In this document: in pieces, positions 26,722-36,396 of the stretch | Layout of the letters: the number at the start of each line of letters is the position of its first letter | Numbering within the stretch: position 1 is the first letter of the stretch | Assembly (NCBI GenBank): GCA_012517955.1 | Contig: JAAYTW010000097.1 | Span: forward strand, 1 to 43,319 | Source of the DNA: Candidatus Zixiibacteriota bacterium | GTDB lineage: Bacteria > Zixibacteria > MSB-5A5 > UBA10806 > 4484-95 | Length of the DNA stretch: 43,319 bases | Reading direction: 5' to 3' | Notes under the pieces: model-generated | Databases searched by the model: none | Told to the model about the DNA's origin: nothing | What the model saw: only the letters and a program-made list of their open reading frames with translations | Position numbers and translations under genes: made by a program

Positions 26722-26894
26722 GGAACTAAGTGATTTCCTGTCCCTATTAATTTCAATTTCGGAACCATTGAATAATTATTTATGCTTCCCTCTAAGATTT
26801 ATAATATTTATTATATTTTATCAAATACTATAAAAAAGCCTTTTAGCGGTCTCCCGAATTGGCCGTAATGAAAATATCCCCTCTCCCTAATGGC

Positions 26895-29800
26895 CTATTT
26901 TATCAGCAACATCATCCTCGTTATATCGGTGACCCCGTATTTCAAGCGATAAAAATAGATGCCCGAGGCGGCCGCCGCGCCGCTGTTACCGGTGCCATCC
27001 CAAATGACCCTTTGGCGGCCGGCCGGTTGTTCCATATCGATAAGCGACTTAATCTTGCGTCCGGTAATATCATAAATGTCAATTTTCACATTACCGGCCC
27101 TGGGGACATCATATTCTATAATCGTGGACGAGTTAAACGGATTTGGATAATTGGCGCTCAAACCGATGTCATTGGGGATAACATCGACGGCCTCATCGCC
27201 GGCGGCCGAATATAAGCTGCCGGTGGTAAACTTAATGGCTCGGCCATTCGATATTGGGGCGGCTCCCGGAGCCAAAATCGAATTGAACATATACTGTAAT
27301 CCATCGTTGCGCTCATAGTTACATATCCCAACAGAGTTTGTAATACAGGAAACGGCCGTGGCATACTGGATAATGATATCGTTATCGTTGGTGACCGTAG
27401 GCCAGACACTTTCGTCAAGAAAGATAATTTCAAAAGTCAGCCATTGATTATTATCATTAACATATACATTCCGCCAGCCAACGATAAATTTGCCGGCGGC
27501 CGGGTCATGATGGTAATAGACCCTTATCGAGCCGCCGCTGCCATTGGTGATGTCGTCCCAAAATCCGGCAATCATCGCTTTGGCGCACTGCGGCCCGGGA
27601 ATCTGGGCGTTCTGAAAATTGGACCACCATGTCAATCCCATCGCGATATAACCATTATCCGATATCGTAATTTGGTCGTAAACATCACCATAGAATGAAA
27701 CCTGGAACGGCAACGCAATCGTAGCTTCATCATCGTCAGGGATATTGACATAAGACCAGGATGTCTCAATCGGTATCCAATCATATACCGGATGCTGTTG
27801 ATAACTAATATCGGTATTATCCAAACAATAGTAGCCGTAACCATCAGGCCCGATAGGGTCATCGGCGCTGATTACACCAACGGAAATCGCAAAAGGAATC
27901 GTACGCCTAATTCCATTTAAATCGTCGATTTTGAGCTCAAAAGGAATTCGATGACCGTCATATATGTCAGGCGACAGCATTATAGAAAAAGGGTCAGCCC
28001 AATTGTCTACTGTCGAATCGAGGCCGATTGGCGGATATACCGCAATCGAATCGATTATCTGTATCAACGAGTCAGATGTCCTCAAGACCGCCCGGGAGCC
28101 CGCCAATGTTTCCGAGCCCTGATTCATCAACGATACTATCAATTGAGCCGTTTCGCCGCGGTCAAGTTGATGATTGCCGTTATTATCGCCCTCTATGGCT
28201 ACCGATGTTACATTCAAATCGGGGGCGCTTATCGGCAGCGATAAAATATTGTGCCAGGGCCCAAATTGACCCGCATGAATATCCATGGCGAACCGCGCTC
28301 GATAGTTATCGGGCGCCTCCGCTGAAACGTGAACCACAAACGGCTCTTGAGATATGGACGTATCACCGCTGGCGATATTGCCATAACTGGCCCAGGCCGA
28401 TTGAACATCGACATACGGATCAATCGATATAAGATTGGCATTAGTCGATTCGGCAATAATAGAACTTCCGTAATTTTTGACAACGGAGTATAATTCTATC
28501 GTCTCTGCCGGATTGGCGGCGCCATTATTGTTTCCTCTCGATAGTCCGCTGCTGTCGTCGCTTATGTTATAGCTATTCAGACCGACGCACACCGGCATAT
28601 CGACAACCTGGATTGTCCCCTCGAATGGAATATAAGATGGAGCGGTAACGGTTACTTTAATCGGCCCGACAGAATCGGTATAAATTTGAAAATGAACAAA
28701 GCTGTTATTTTCAGCGAATTGTCCGGTAAATATCTGCGTTCCTTTCCAGAGACAGACATAGGCATTGGGAACCGGATTACCCTGGCTATCCATTATTTCG
28801 ATATCGACTCCCGCTTGTCCGAGCCCAAGCGTATCGGGTATCACGACGGTCATTGTTTTGGGAACGCCAAGCCAGTAATTCAATTCAGGATTGCCCAGGT
28901 CATTATAGCTGTTGAAATAAAGCTCAACGGTATCACCGGGCTGTGTGTTTCCGGGAAACGCCAAATATAAATTCATTTTGCCCGCCAATTCTGATTGGGC
29001 CAACGTATGAACGCCCCCTTGGAACAACCCCCAGTAAATTCCGCAATCGATGGCATTAGTCCATTTAGTGTGGGCGAAATGGTTAGTGTTCCCGATAAAG
29101 CCAGGGCCGCCCTTATTGGCCAGACGAATCCAGGTCTCCCCGAAACAATTGGCCACGTTTCCATCGTTATAATCGCCTGTCGCGCATACTATCGAATGCA
29201 TCACCGCGAATTTCGGGCCATTACTCAATTGGGCCAGATTATTGGTGGTATACCATAGGCTGTGCGAATACCAGCCTTCGGCGTAGCCATATCCTCTAAA
29301 ATTAACCAAGCTGACCCCGGCCGAAATCGAAGCAGTGATACTGGATGCCGGTGGGTCATAATAGATAGTGGAAAAAATCGTGTCGACATTAGTATAACCA
29401 TGATCCAGCATTATTTCGCGGCACCACATTTTTGTTTGGCGGGGACTGATAAACCAGTTATCTTCGCCTCCGGAAATCACGGTCGCTTTTTTATACCAGG
29501 TTGTATCATCCATATATGGATATCGCTCATATCCGAAATACTTGGCTGTATAATTAGTTAAATCGAGAGCGGTGCTTACCGATATTCTGCCGATAAACAC
29601 ATCGGGAAAATAATCGTTTCCATCAATAAAAGAATAATAATTATCTGAATCTATCTCATCCGGGCTCCATGGGGAATAATAAGTATAAGTGGGCATACTG
29701 ACCCCGCCTGGCATTTGAGTATCGCCAATCAGGCAGATGTAATCCGGTTTTGGGTTAGAACCGAAGTAGAGAGATTTCAAGTAATTATAAATAGCCGTGG

Positions 29801-30587
29801 AACTAGGATTAAATCCTATTGAAGATAAGGGAATAACCCTGGTTATAAACCCCTTGGCTTTTTCCCAATCGACTATTTGGCTAATGTTGCTGACCAAATT
29901 ATCCGGAACGACAAACCAGAATTGTCCGCGGGTTACGGTCGTAGGGTCAAGGGATGATGAATTAATCAGGAAAGCGTCATAAATCGGTTTGAAGGCCTCG
30001 CTGATTGTCGTTCCCGGTTCGCATATATTTCCTGCCGGATGGTTGGCACGAATTCGCAGTTTACTGTGTATCTTTAATTGCCGGTTTGAATAATCGTATT
30101 GAACCGGATATAATGTCAGCCGGGCGATATTAACGTCGCGCATCTTTCCGGCGTATTCGAAAACGTATAAATTATCAGGATAATAACCGTCGCTTGAAAT
30201 CCCCGGATTTACCCATTGAGAATCTTCCTTATCACAGGCTGCCAGCTGAAAGTGATTTATCTCGGTTATATTATCTTCCAAAATCGAAACCGATAAAGGA
30301 GCCCCCTCGGGAATCGCAACTAGAACAGTATATGAGGGCAATACCGTGCCGGCCGGTCCGGAAATATGACCACTGCCGGGATATAGGTTTCCCGGAAGCT
30401 CGATATAATTTGTGGTTTCGGATTCTGTACAATTCAACATTTCGATGTTTAATTCGAATTCGGTAAAGGAATCAGTAAGATTTACAGTACGGATGACGGT
30501 CGGGGAATCGCTTAACTTGATTATCGAACCGAATACGGTCGCATACGACATGAAAAGAATCATAGAAATATGCTTTATTTTTATCAT
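26895..30587 (-). CDS. Peptidase C25 (gingipain-like) family protein with a T9SS C-terminal sorting domain
   Basis: 1230 aa. Signal peptide. C25-like core around aa 280-580 (DYICLIGDT, YYSFIDGNDYFPDVFIGRISV, VNFRGYGYAEGW, HSIVCATGDY). Mid-region beta-rich modules. A NIDO-like FQVSFYGDVYDQITISDNGYIAMG segment. The last ~80 aa (NYPNPFNSSTIIEYDVP...IYDITGRKI...WDGTGNSG...SGIYFYRLKY) form a Por/T9SS CTD. Confidence 0.85.
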   Translation of the reverse strand: MIKIKHISMILFMSYATVFGSIIKLSDSPTVIRTVNLTDSFTEFELNIEMLNCTESETTNYIELPGNLYPGSGHISGPAGTVLPSYTVLVAIPEGAPLSVSILEDNITEINHFQLAACDKEDSQWVNPGISSDGYYPDNLYVFEYAGKMRDVNIARLTLYPVQYDYSNRQLKIHSKLRIRANHPAGNICEPGTTISEAFKPIYDAFLINSSSLDPTTVTRGQFWFVVPDNLVSNISQIVDWEKAKGFITRVIPLSSIGFNPSSTAIYNYLKSLYFGSNPKPDYICLIGDTQMPGGVSMPTYTYYSPWSPDEIDSDNYYSFIDGNDYFPDVFIGRISVSTALDLTNYTAKYFGYERYPYMDDTTWYKKATVISGGEDNWFISPRQTKMWCREIMLDHGYTNVDTIFSTIYYDPPASSITASISAGVSLVNFRGYGYAEGWYSHSLWYTTNNLAQLSNGPKFAVMHSIVCATGDYNDGNVANCFGETWIRLANKGGPGFIGNTNHFAHTKWTNAIDCGIYWGLFQGGVHTLAQSELAGKMNLYLAFPGNTQPGDTVELYFNSYNDLGNPELNYWLGVPKTMTVVIPDTLGLGQAGVDIEIMDSQGNPVPNAYVCLWKGTQIFTGQFAENNSFVHFQIYTDSVGPIKVTVTAPSYIPFEGTIQVVDMPVCVGLNSYNISDDSSGLSRGNNNGAANPAETIELYSVVKNYGSSIIAESTNANLISIDPYVDVQSAWASYGNIASGDTSISQEPFVVHVSAEAPDNYRARFAMDIHAGQFGPWHNILSLPISAPDLNVTSVAIEGDNNGNHQLDRGETAQLIVSLMNQGSETLAGSRAVLRTSDSLIQIIDSIAVYPPIGLDSTVDNWADPFSIMLSPDIYDGHRIPFELKIDDLNGIRRTIPFAISVGVISADDPIGPDGYGYYCLDNTDISYQQHPVYDWIPIETSWSYVNIPDDDEATIALPFQVSFYGDVYDQITISDNGYIAMGLTWWSNFQNAQIPGPQCAKAMIAGFWDDITNGSGGSIRVYYHHDPAAGKFIVGWRNVYVNDNNQWLTFEIIFLDESVWPTVTNDNDIIIQYATAVSCITNSVGICNYERNDGLQYMFNSILAPGAAPISNGRAIKFTTGSLYSAAGDEAVDVIPNDIGLSANYPNPFNSSTIIEYDVPRAGNVKIDIYDITGRKIKSLIDMEQPAGRQRVIWDGTGNSGAAAASGIYFYRLKYGVTDITRMMLLIK

Positions 30588-30795
30588 TGGTCACTCCGTA
30601 GGAAGCGATTTATTGATTAGAATCATAGTCGAAATTTATTTTTATGGTTAAAACCTATTTAGATTTTCGCTTAATTTTACTTTTAATCATATTTCAAAAT
30701 GACGGCTGATTAATATAAACCCGCTTATTATAATCATCATAATTAACAGTCATCTATTGATACATGTTGCATTTTTTACGCGAAGCTCGATAAAA

Positions 30796-31482
30796 TTAAT
30801 CGTTCCAAACAAATTCAAACAGCAAAAACCCGGCAATCAACATGATTGCCGCATATGATATCAGAACTTGTAATTCTCCGCTGGCAGACGCGAATACCAG
30901 GCCAATTGATAAGGCTTTTTGCGTCCCTTTGATAGCCATAATCAAAACCGGTAAAATCAAAGGAAAAGAAAGGACGGCGAAAAGGACTCCCTTTATGGAG
31001 GCTTTGGCTATAATGGCCGCAACTATTGTGGTTGAACAGGCCAAACCAAATGTGCCTGTGGCCAGAATCGCTATGAACAGCGGCAACTGCCGGATACCAA
31101 GACCAACAAGCAAAGCAAAAAGCGGTACCAGCACAATTTCCAGAGTGAAAAGAAGCAACAAATTAAATAGAAGTTTGCCTCCAAACACCGCTACCGGAGG
31201 CGCATAAATTCGCAATGCCAGCGATGTCTTGCTTTCCTCTTCTTTGATAAAACTCTGCCCTAAGCCCGCCACCGAAGCGAAATAGATTACCAACCAAAAC
31301 AATATCCCTTGAAGATTCAAATCAAGTGGGATTCCACTTAAAGAGAAGCCCACCGCTACCACAGTAATAACCGCGAACATCACAATAGCGCCAATCGCAT
31401 ATCGAGTCCGCAACTCGCCGCGGATATCTTTAACCAACACGGCTATAGTTTTAGCGCCCCAGGACAATCGTTTTATCGGCAT
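30796..31482 (-). CDS. ccmB: Heme exporter protein B (CcmB-family ABC permease)
   Basis: 228 aa with about 6 TM helices. By-eye collinearity with E. coli CcmB: GLGQSFIKEEESKTSLALRIYAPP against LERLFRDDLQDGSLEQLMLLPL, and GTFGLACSTTIVAAIIAKASIKGVLFAVLSFPLILPVLI against [39 protein letters not shown]. Confidence 0.7.
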   Translation of the reverse strand: MPIKRLSWGAKTIAVLVKDIRGELRTRYAIGAIVMFAVITVVAVGFSLSGIPLDLNLQGILFWLVIYFASVAGLGQSFIKEEESKTSLALRIYAPPVAVFGGKLLFNLLLLFTLEIVLVPLFALLVGLGIRQLPLFIAILATGTFGLACSTTIVAAIIAKASIKGVLFAVLSFPLILPVLIMAIKGTQKALSIGLVFASASGELQVLISYAAIMLIAGFLLFEFVWND

Positions 31483-32053
31483 ATCCTAAATCGGCTTGCT
31501 CATTGGTGGCGATAACCGTGATACCATCGTGCTTTGTAATTATATCTCTGACAATATCTTTACCATCTTCATCAAGATTAGCGGTCGGTTCGTCTAAAAT
31601 CAAAAGCGGCGGTTTGCGAAGCATGGCTAGGATATATTTCAATCGTTGCTTCATCCCCGATGAATACGAACGTACCAGGTCGTTTTCCCTGCCTTCCAAA
31701 CCGTATCGCCCGAATAAGGAAGCTGTGTTTTCCGTTTGGCCGTCAATTACTGATGTAAAAAAGGCGATATTTTCGGCCCCTGTCAATTCATCATAGAGAA
31801 ACAGGTCGGGCGCGACCAAACCGATATGGGAAATGATTTCCGAACCGCAAATCGTTTTGCCGCCGATCTCAACTTTGACCAGTCCGGAACTCGGCCGAAT
31901 CAAAGACCCGATTATTTTCGCCAAAGTCGTTTTGCCGGAACCGTTAGGACCTGTAATTACAAGTTTCTCCCCTTTTTCAACTTCGATTGATATATCGTGG
32001 AATATTTTTCGGCCCGGAAATTTCTGCGTGACCTTATCGAGTATTAATTTCAT
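31451..32053 (-). CDS. ccmA: Short ABC transporter ATP-binding protein, CcmA-like
   Basis: 200 aa. Walker A GPNGSGKTTL, signature SSGMKQRL, Walker B LLILDEP. Overlaps ccmB by 32 nt. Confidence 0.7.
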   Translation of the reverse strand: MKLILDKVTQKFPGRKIFHDISIEVEKGEKLVITGPNGSGKTTLAKIIGSLIRPSSGLVKVEIGGKTICGSEIISHIGLVAPDLFLYDELTGAENIAFFTSVIDGQTENTASLFGRYGLEGRENDLVRSYSSGMKQRLKYILAMLRKPPLLILDEPTANLDEDGKDIVRDIITKHDGITVIATNEQADLGYADKTIVLGR

Positions 32054-32062
32054 GTTAAAGGG

Positions 32063-32091
32063 ATTTTAATAAAAAAAAGGCCGAATGCCAA
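32063..32091 (-). promoter_or_regulatory. Candidate promoter of ccmAB (TTGGCA-17-TAAAAT)
   Basis: - strand TTGGCA (32091-32086), 17-nt spacer, TAAAAT (32068-32063). The ATG (32053) is 9 nt after the -10 element and has no SD. Confidence 0.5.
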
Positions 32092-32104
32092 GAATATTTA
32101 CGAA

Positions 32105-32132
32105 TAAAAAAGGCGCGACAAACCGCCGCGCC
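32105..32132 (-). terminator. Intrinsic terminator after lepB
   Basis: - strand GGCGCG-gcggtttgt-CGCGCC followed by TTTTTTATT. It sits 24 nt after the lepB stop. Confidence 0.8.
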
Positions 32133-32156
32133 CGTAATTTTCGCGTTTTCGCAAAT

Positions 32157-32903
32157 TCATACTATAATTTGGCCCAATCTTTGATAACGAAGCCGGCTCG
32201 GCAAATGGATTATCCAAAACCCAATCCGTTTGCCAAGAGACAACATATCGTTCTTTCTGACAATCGGCGGATTGGATTCGGAATCTAATGACCAGTGAAT
32301 CATCAAGGCCCGGCCAAGCACTTCTTTTCTGTCTAAGAATCCCCAATACCGCGAGTCATAGGAATTGTCTCGATTATCCCCCATCATGAACAGCTTCCCC
32401 GGCGGTACTTTGATAGGGGGCATATTATCCCGTCTGCCCCATTGGACTCCCGGATTATAGGGGATTTTGTTAGCGGCGTCTTCGTGTTTGCCATGTTCGG
32501 GAAGCGGCACAAGACGACCATCTACATAGACTTCCTTATCTTTAATTTCCACGGTTTGCCCCTCAACCGCAATACATCTTTTTATATAGTTAACGGGGGG
32601 CTTATTGGGTTCGATATGCTTAAAAATCACGATATCGCCAGGCTTGGGGTCGGTAATAGCCGGCAATTTGATATCGATGAAAGGAATCGGTAATCTCATG
32701 CCATAAATAAATTTGTTCGCCAATAAAAAATCGCCGATAAGCAACGTATTTTCCATAGAACCGGATGGTATCTTATAAGCCTCCACCACTGATGTTTTAA
32801 TCATCAGCGCCATAATTAAGGCGATACCCAAAGATTCTAAATAATCCCAGGTAGTTCCGTACCAGCTTTTCTTATATTTTTTTGACTTGAAAAATATCGA
32901 CAT
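32157..32903 (-). CDS. lepB: Signal peptidase I
   Basis: IPSGSMENTLLIGDFLLANKF (catalytic Ser box), KRCIAVEGQTV (Lys box) and GDNRDNSYDSRYWG. Start placed at ATG 32903, preceded by GGAGG. The track's TTG at 32918 is less likely. Confidence 0.93.
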   Translation of the reverse strand: MSIFFKSKKYKKSWYGTTWDYLESLGIALIMALMIKTSVVEAYKIPSGSMENTLLIGDFLLANKFIYGMRLPIPFIDIKLPAITDPKPGDIVIFKHIEPNKPPVNYIKRCIAVEGQTVEIKDKEVYVDGRLVPLPEHGKHEDAANKIPYNPGVQWGRRDNMPPIKVPPGKLFMMGDNRDNSYDSRYWGFLDRKEVLGRALMIHWSLDSESNPPIVRKNDMLSLGKRIGFWIIHLPSRLRYQRLGQIIV

Positions 32904-32957
32904 ACGTGCCTCCAACAACGGCCGCTTACATTAAATCATCAATTTCAATCATAATAT

Positions 32958-32966
32958 ATTATACCA
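32958..32966 (-). promoter_or_regulatory. Possible extended -10 promoter for lepB (TGgTATAAT)
   Basis: - strand TGGTATAAT with no good -35 element. It lies in the 105-nt rseP-lepB spacer. Confidence 0.3.
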
Positions 32967-33008
32967 ATAGATTCAGGGCAAGTTGCCATTGTAACAAACC
33001 GATTTTTA

Positions 33009-34082
33009 TTATTTTATTATACCCGTTATTAATCGGATTATATCATTATAAGTAACTACCACCATCAATAAAAACAACAGTCCCATGCCGATTTGCTGAG
33101 CGATTAATCTTCCTTTGAGCGAGACAGGTCTCCTTTTAAAAGCCTCGATTACCAGAAACACCAAATGGCCGCCATCGAGTACCGGTATGGGCAGAATATT
33201 GATTATCGCGAGATTTACCGAAAGAAAAGCCGCCAATCCCAGTAGAGCGATAAATCCCTGACGCGCCGCCGCGCCCGCTTGTTGCGCAATCAATACCGGC
33301 CCGCCAAGAGCCTTGATTGATTCCTGTCGACTGACCAATTTCCATAGAACAGAAAACATCTGGCCGGTTACGAATAAATTGGCGGAAACGCCGTCTTTAA
33401 ATGCCTGCCAGGGGCTGATTGGCCGATAATCATAGGCCGGCCCGATACCTATTCTTCCCTCAAACCTTTCGCGGCCGAGGGAATCAATGCCTGGAATTGA
33501 AAGAGTGCGTATGTCGGAGGTGACAGTCTTTCCTGAATCGGTCCAAACAACCTTTAGAATGCTATTCGGCCTGATTCTAACATAAGCCGCGATTTCATTA
33601 AAATCGGCGAAAGTGTTGCCATCAATTGACACAATCGTTGAACCTTCTTTAAGACCAGCCTTATCAGCTGGCCCGCCAGGACTTACCATCCCGATTTCCG
33701 TGGAGTTGGGTCTGATTACCGGCGAACCTGTTGACCAGTAAACGATAAAGAATAAAAATACAGCCAGAAGAAAATTCATTACCGGCCCGGCCAGAATGAC
33801 CAACGACCGTTTTAGCACAGACGACGCCATGAAATCGCCCGGCTGAGGCACGTAATTATCCTCGGTGATGTTTTCGCCCGACATCTTCACATAGCCGCCC
33901 AAAGGCACTATTCCAATCATATATTCTGTTTCACCGACTTTTTTACCGATTAGTTTAGGCGGAAATCCAAGCGAAAATCGTTCGACCCGAATACCCGCTT
34001 TTTTGGCTACTATAAAATGACCGAGTTCATGAACGAAAACCAGAAGCCCAAGCACGAACACGAATGCGATAAGAGTAGTCAT
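33009..34082 (-). CDS. rseP: RIP metalloprotease RseP (site-2 protease, M50 family)
   Basis: 357 aa. HELGHFIVAKK (HExxH) within TM1, a central PDZ (GGPADKAGLKEGSTIVSIDG), and C-terminal NLAIINILPIPVLDGGH. Confidence 0.94.
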   Translation of the reverse strand: MTTLIAFVFVLGLLVFVHELGHFIVAKKAGIRVERFSLGFPPKLIGKKVGETEYMIGIVPLGGYVKMSGENITEDNYVPQPGDFMASSVLKRSLVILAGPVMNFLLAVFLFFIVYWSTGSPVIRPNSTEIGMVSPGGPADKAGLKEGSTIVSIDGNTFADFNEIAAYVRIRPNSILKVVWTDSGKTVTSDIRTLSIPGIDSLGRERFEGRIGIGPAYDYRPISPWQAFKDGVSANLFVTGQMFSVLWKLVSRQESIKALGGPVLIAQQAGAAARQGFIALLGLAAFLSVNLAIINILPIPVLDGGHLVFLVIEAFKRRPVSLKGRLIAQQIGMGLLFLLMVVVTYNDIIRLITGIIK

Positions 34083-34147
34083 AGCATCTTAATTAACGCT
34101 TTCCACCGTCAAAAGTTCCGTTTGTTTGATTATCGGCATATCGTCGA

Positions 34148-35311
34148 CTAAAATTTGTCGGTATTTTCAAATTCGGCCGCGATATTACCCGCTATATGGC
34201 TGGCTTTGCTATTCGCCGTAAAAATTTGTTCAAGAGTATCCGCATCGCCCAAACCGCATCGATTCATGGTTTCTTCGACGATATCGAAAATCCGCTTAAA
34301 TTGAATTTTATGGTCCAAAAACGCTTTTACCGCTTGTTCATTGGCCGCGTTAAACACTGCTGGACTTATTCCCGCCTCCCTAACCGCGCGATAGGCCAGT
34401 TCCAAAGACCTGAATTTATCTTTGGGCGGAGGGTAAAAGTCCAGCCGCAATTCCTTCGAGAAGTCAAACTGGACCAAATCCTGCTTAATTCTTTCCGGAT
34501 AAAAAAGCGCATATTGAATAGGCAACCGCATATCCGGCTTAGATAGTTGGGCAATCGTTGACCCATCGATAAATTCCACCATCGAATGGACCACCGATTG
34601 CGGATGAATCACTACCTCTATCCTATCAGCGGGTATATCGAATAGATAGGCCGCCTCGATAATTTCCAATCCTTTATTCATCAAAGTGGCCGAGTCTATC
34701 GTAATTTTAGGTCCCATGTTCCATGTCGGATGTTTCAGTGCTTCTTCCGGCGTGATTCCGTCAAAGTTTTCTCGGCGGAAAAACGGTCCCCCCGAACTGG
34801 TTAAAATCAGGCGCGCGACCTCAGTCCGCTTTCCCGACGCCAGGCACTGAAAAATCGCCGAATGTTCCGAATCAATCGGAATAATTTCGCCGCCGTGCGT
34901 CGCGGCCATCCTATTAAGCAAAGGGCCGGCGGCCACCATTGATTCTTTATTGGCGAGAGCGACTTTTTTCCCCGCAATCAATGCGGCGGCAGTGGCCTTA
35001 AGACCGGCGAACCCAACCACGGCATTTAAAACGATATCGACGCTTGAATCGGAACAAAGCTTGGAGACATCTTCGGCGTCAATCAATTTGGTCTTGGCCG
35101 GATTAATCGATTCGGCCAATATAGACAAACCCGTCCGATCGCAGAGTGCGACATAGGACGGGTTATATTTACGAGCCTGCGCGGCCAGCAACTCGGCATT
35201 GCGATTGGCCGTCAAGCCGATAATCCTGAATCTGCCGGGATTGCGGTCGATTATATCAAGGGCGTTACGTCCGATCGAGCCGGTACTGCCCAATATAACG
35301 AGATTCTTCAC
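34148..35311 (-). CDS. dxr: 1-deoxy-D-xylulose 5-phosphate reductoisomerase
   Basis: 387 aa. ILGSTGSIGRNALDI, LANKESMV, PIDSEHSAIFQCL and HPTWNMGPKITIDSATLMNKGLE. Confidence 0.97.
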   Translation of the reverse strand: MKNLVILGSTGSIGRNALDIIDRNPGRFRIIGLTANRNAELLAAQARKYNPSYVALCDRTGLSILAESINPAKTKLIDAEDVSKLCSDSSVDIVLNAVVGFAGLKATAAALIAGKKVALANKESMVAAGPLLNRMAATHGGEIIPIDSEHSAIFQCLASGKRTEVARLILTSSGGPFFRRENFDGITPEEALKHPTWNMGPKITIDSATLMNKGLEIIEAAYLFDIPADRIEVVIHPQSVVHSMVEFIDGSTIAQLSKPDMRLPIQYALFYPERIKQDLVQFDFSKELRLDFYPPPKDKFRSLELAYRAVREAGISPAVFNAANEQAVKAFLDHKIQFKRIFDIVEETMNRCGLGDADTLEQIFTANSKASHIAGNIAAEFENTDKF

Positions 35312-35313
35312 CC

Positions 35314-36375
35314 TTATTTTTTTCGATACACCTTTATCATCGTTACCGGTTCGATGGGTCTGGTTTCTTGGGGGTTGTTTACCGCAACATTGGCAATCCT
35401 ATCGACCACATCCATGCCGCCGATAACTTTAGCAAATGGCGAGAATTTCTGCTTATCGAGGAAAGAATTATCTTTGAGATTAATATAGAATTGGCTGGCA
35501 CTGGCCCCGGCACTACTTCTGGCCATGGAAATATATGGACGTATATTAGAATACGGAGAAACTTCGTCCGCCAATTTCGGTTCATCGGGCGCGCCCATAC
35601 CGGTTCCTGTCGGATCGCCGCCCTGGATAACAAATCCCTTTACGACACGATGGAAAATCGTGCCGTCGTATAGTTTTTTATCGACCCTATCCAGAAAATT
35701 CTTGGCGTGAATAGGGGTTTCTTTTTCGAAAACTTCCAGGGTAATATCGCCCATATTAGTTTTGATTATGACTATTGGATTTCCGGCTGCTTTCATTTCG
35801 GTTGTACCCTTCGCTGACGTTAAAATCGCAGGAATATCGGCAGCCAGTTGATTCAATTTATTTATCGCCGCCTTATATTGCCCAGCCTCTATTGTTTTCT
35901 GACATTCGGTATATGTTGATTCAGCGGCCGCCATATTTTGTTTAGCTGATTCGACATTGGCTTTATTCGTGGAGGTGACTTTAATTTTATTGAGTTCAGC
36001 GATTGTGGAATCAAGCGCTGCTTTTACTTGGTTCATCAGTTGGGTCGCGTCATTCCGTGCTTGCCCCTTTTTAGCCGCGGCTTCCTCCACCGCATTGTTA
36101 GCCAACAGAACAGCGCTTGCGTACAAAGATGTGGCTTGCGCGTAGCTTCGGGTCAGCGCGAATTTGCCGTCGGCCTCCAGTTTGGCGGCGTTGGCGGCGG
36201 CCAGCGTATCGGATGCCATCTTAAATAAATCCGGGGCGTAAATATCCGCTTCGGCGGTTTTAGCGGCCTCAAAGGCGGCCGTGGCCTTTTGAATCGCCTC
36301 TTCGGGGGCTTTGGCGCAGCCAACAAGCAAAATTATCGCGATAAGGCCAAGAATCATGAAAGCACGTTTGAACAT
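35314..36375 (-). CDS. Lipoprotein cyclophilin-type peptidyl-prolyl isomerase with a long Ala-rich helical N-terminal extension
   Basis: 353 aa. Lipobox ILLVGC. aa ~21-195 are Ala/Lys-rich and helical, DUF4398-like by eye (YAPDLFKMASDTLAAANAA). The C-terminal cyclophilin domain has FHRVVKGFVIQGGDPTGTGMG...SQFYINL. Confidence 0.85.
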   Translation of the reverse strand: MFKRAFMILGLIAIILLVGCAKAPEEAIQKATAAFEAAKTAEADIYAPDLFKMASDTLAAANAAKLEADGKFALTRSYAQATSLYASAVLLANNAVEEAAAKKGQARNDATQLMNQVKAALDSTIAELNKIKVTSTNKANVESAKQNMAAAESTYTECQKTIEAGQYKAAINKLNQLAADIPAILTSAKGTTEMKAAGNPIVIIKTNMGDITLEVFEKETPIHAKNFLDRVDKKLYDGTIFHRVVKGFVIQGGDPTGTGMGAPDEPKLADEVSPYSNIRPYISMARSSAGASASQFYINLKDNSFLDKQKFSPFAKVIGGMDVVDRIANVAVNNPQETRPIEPVTMIKVYRKK

Positions 36376-36396
36376 CTGGAAATTCCTTTCTTTGAT

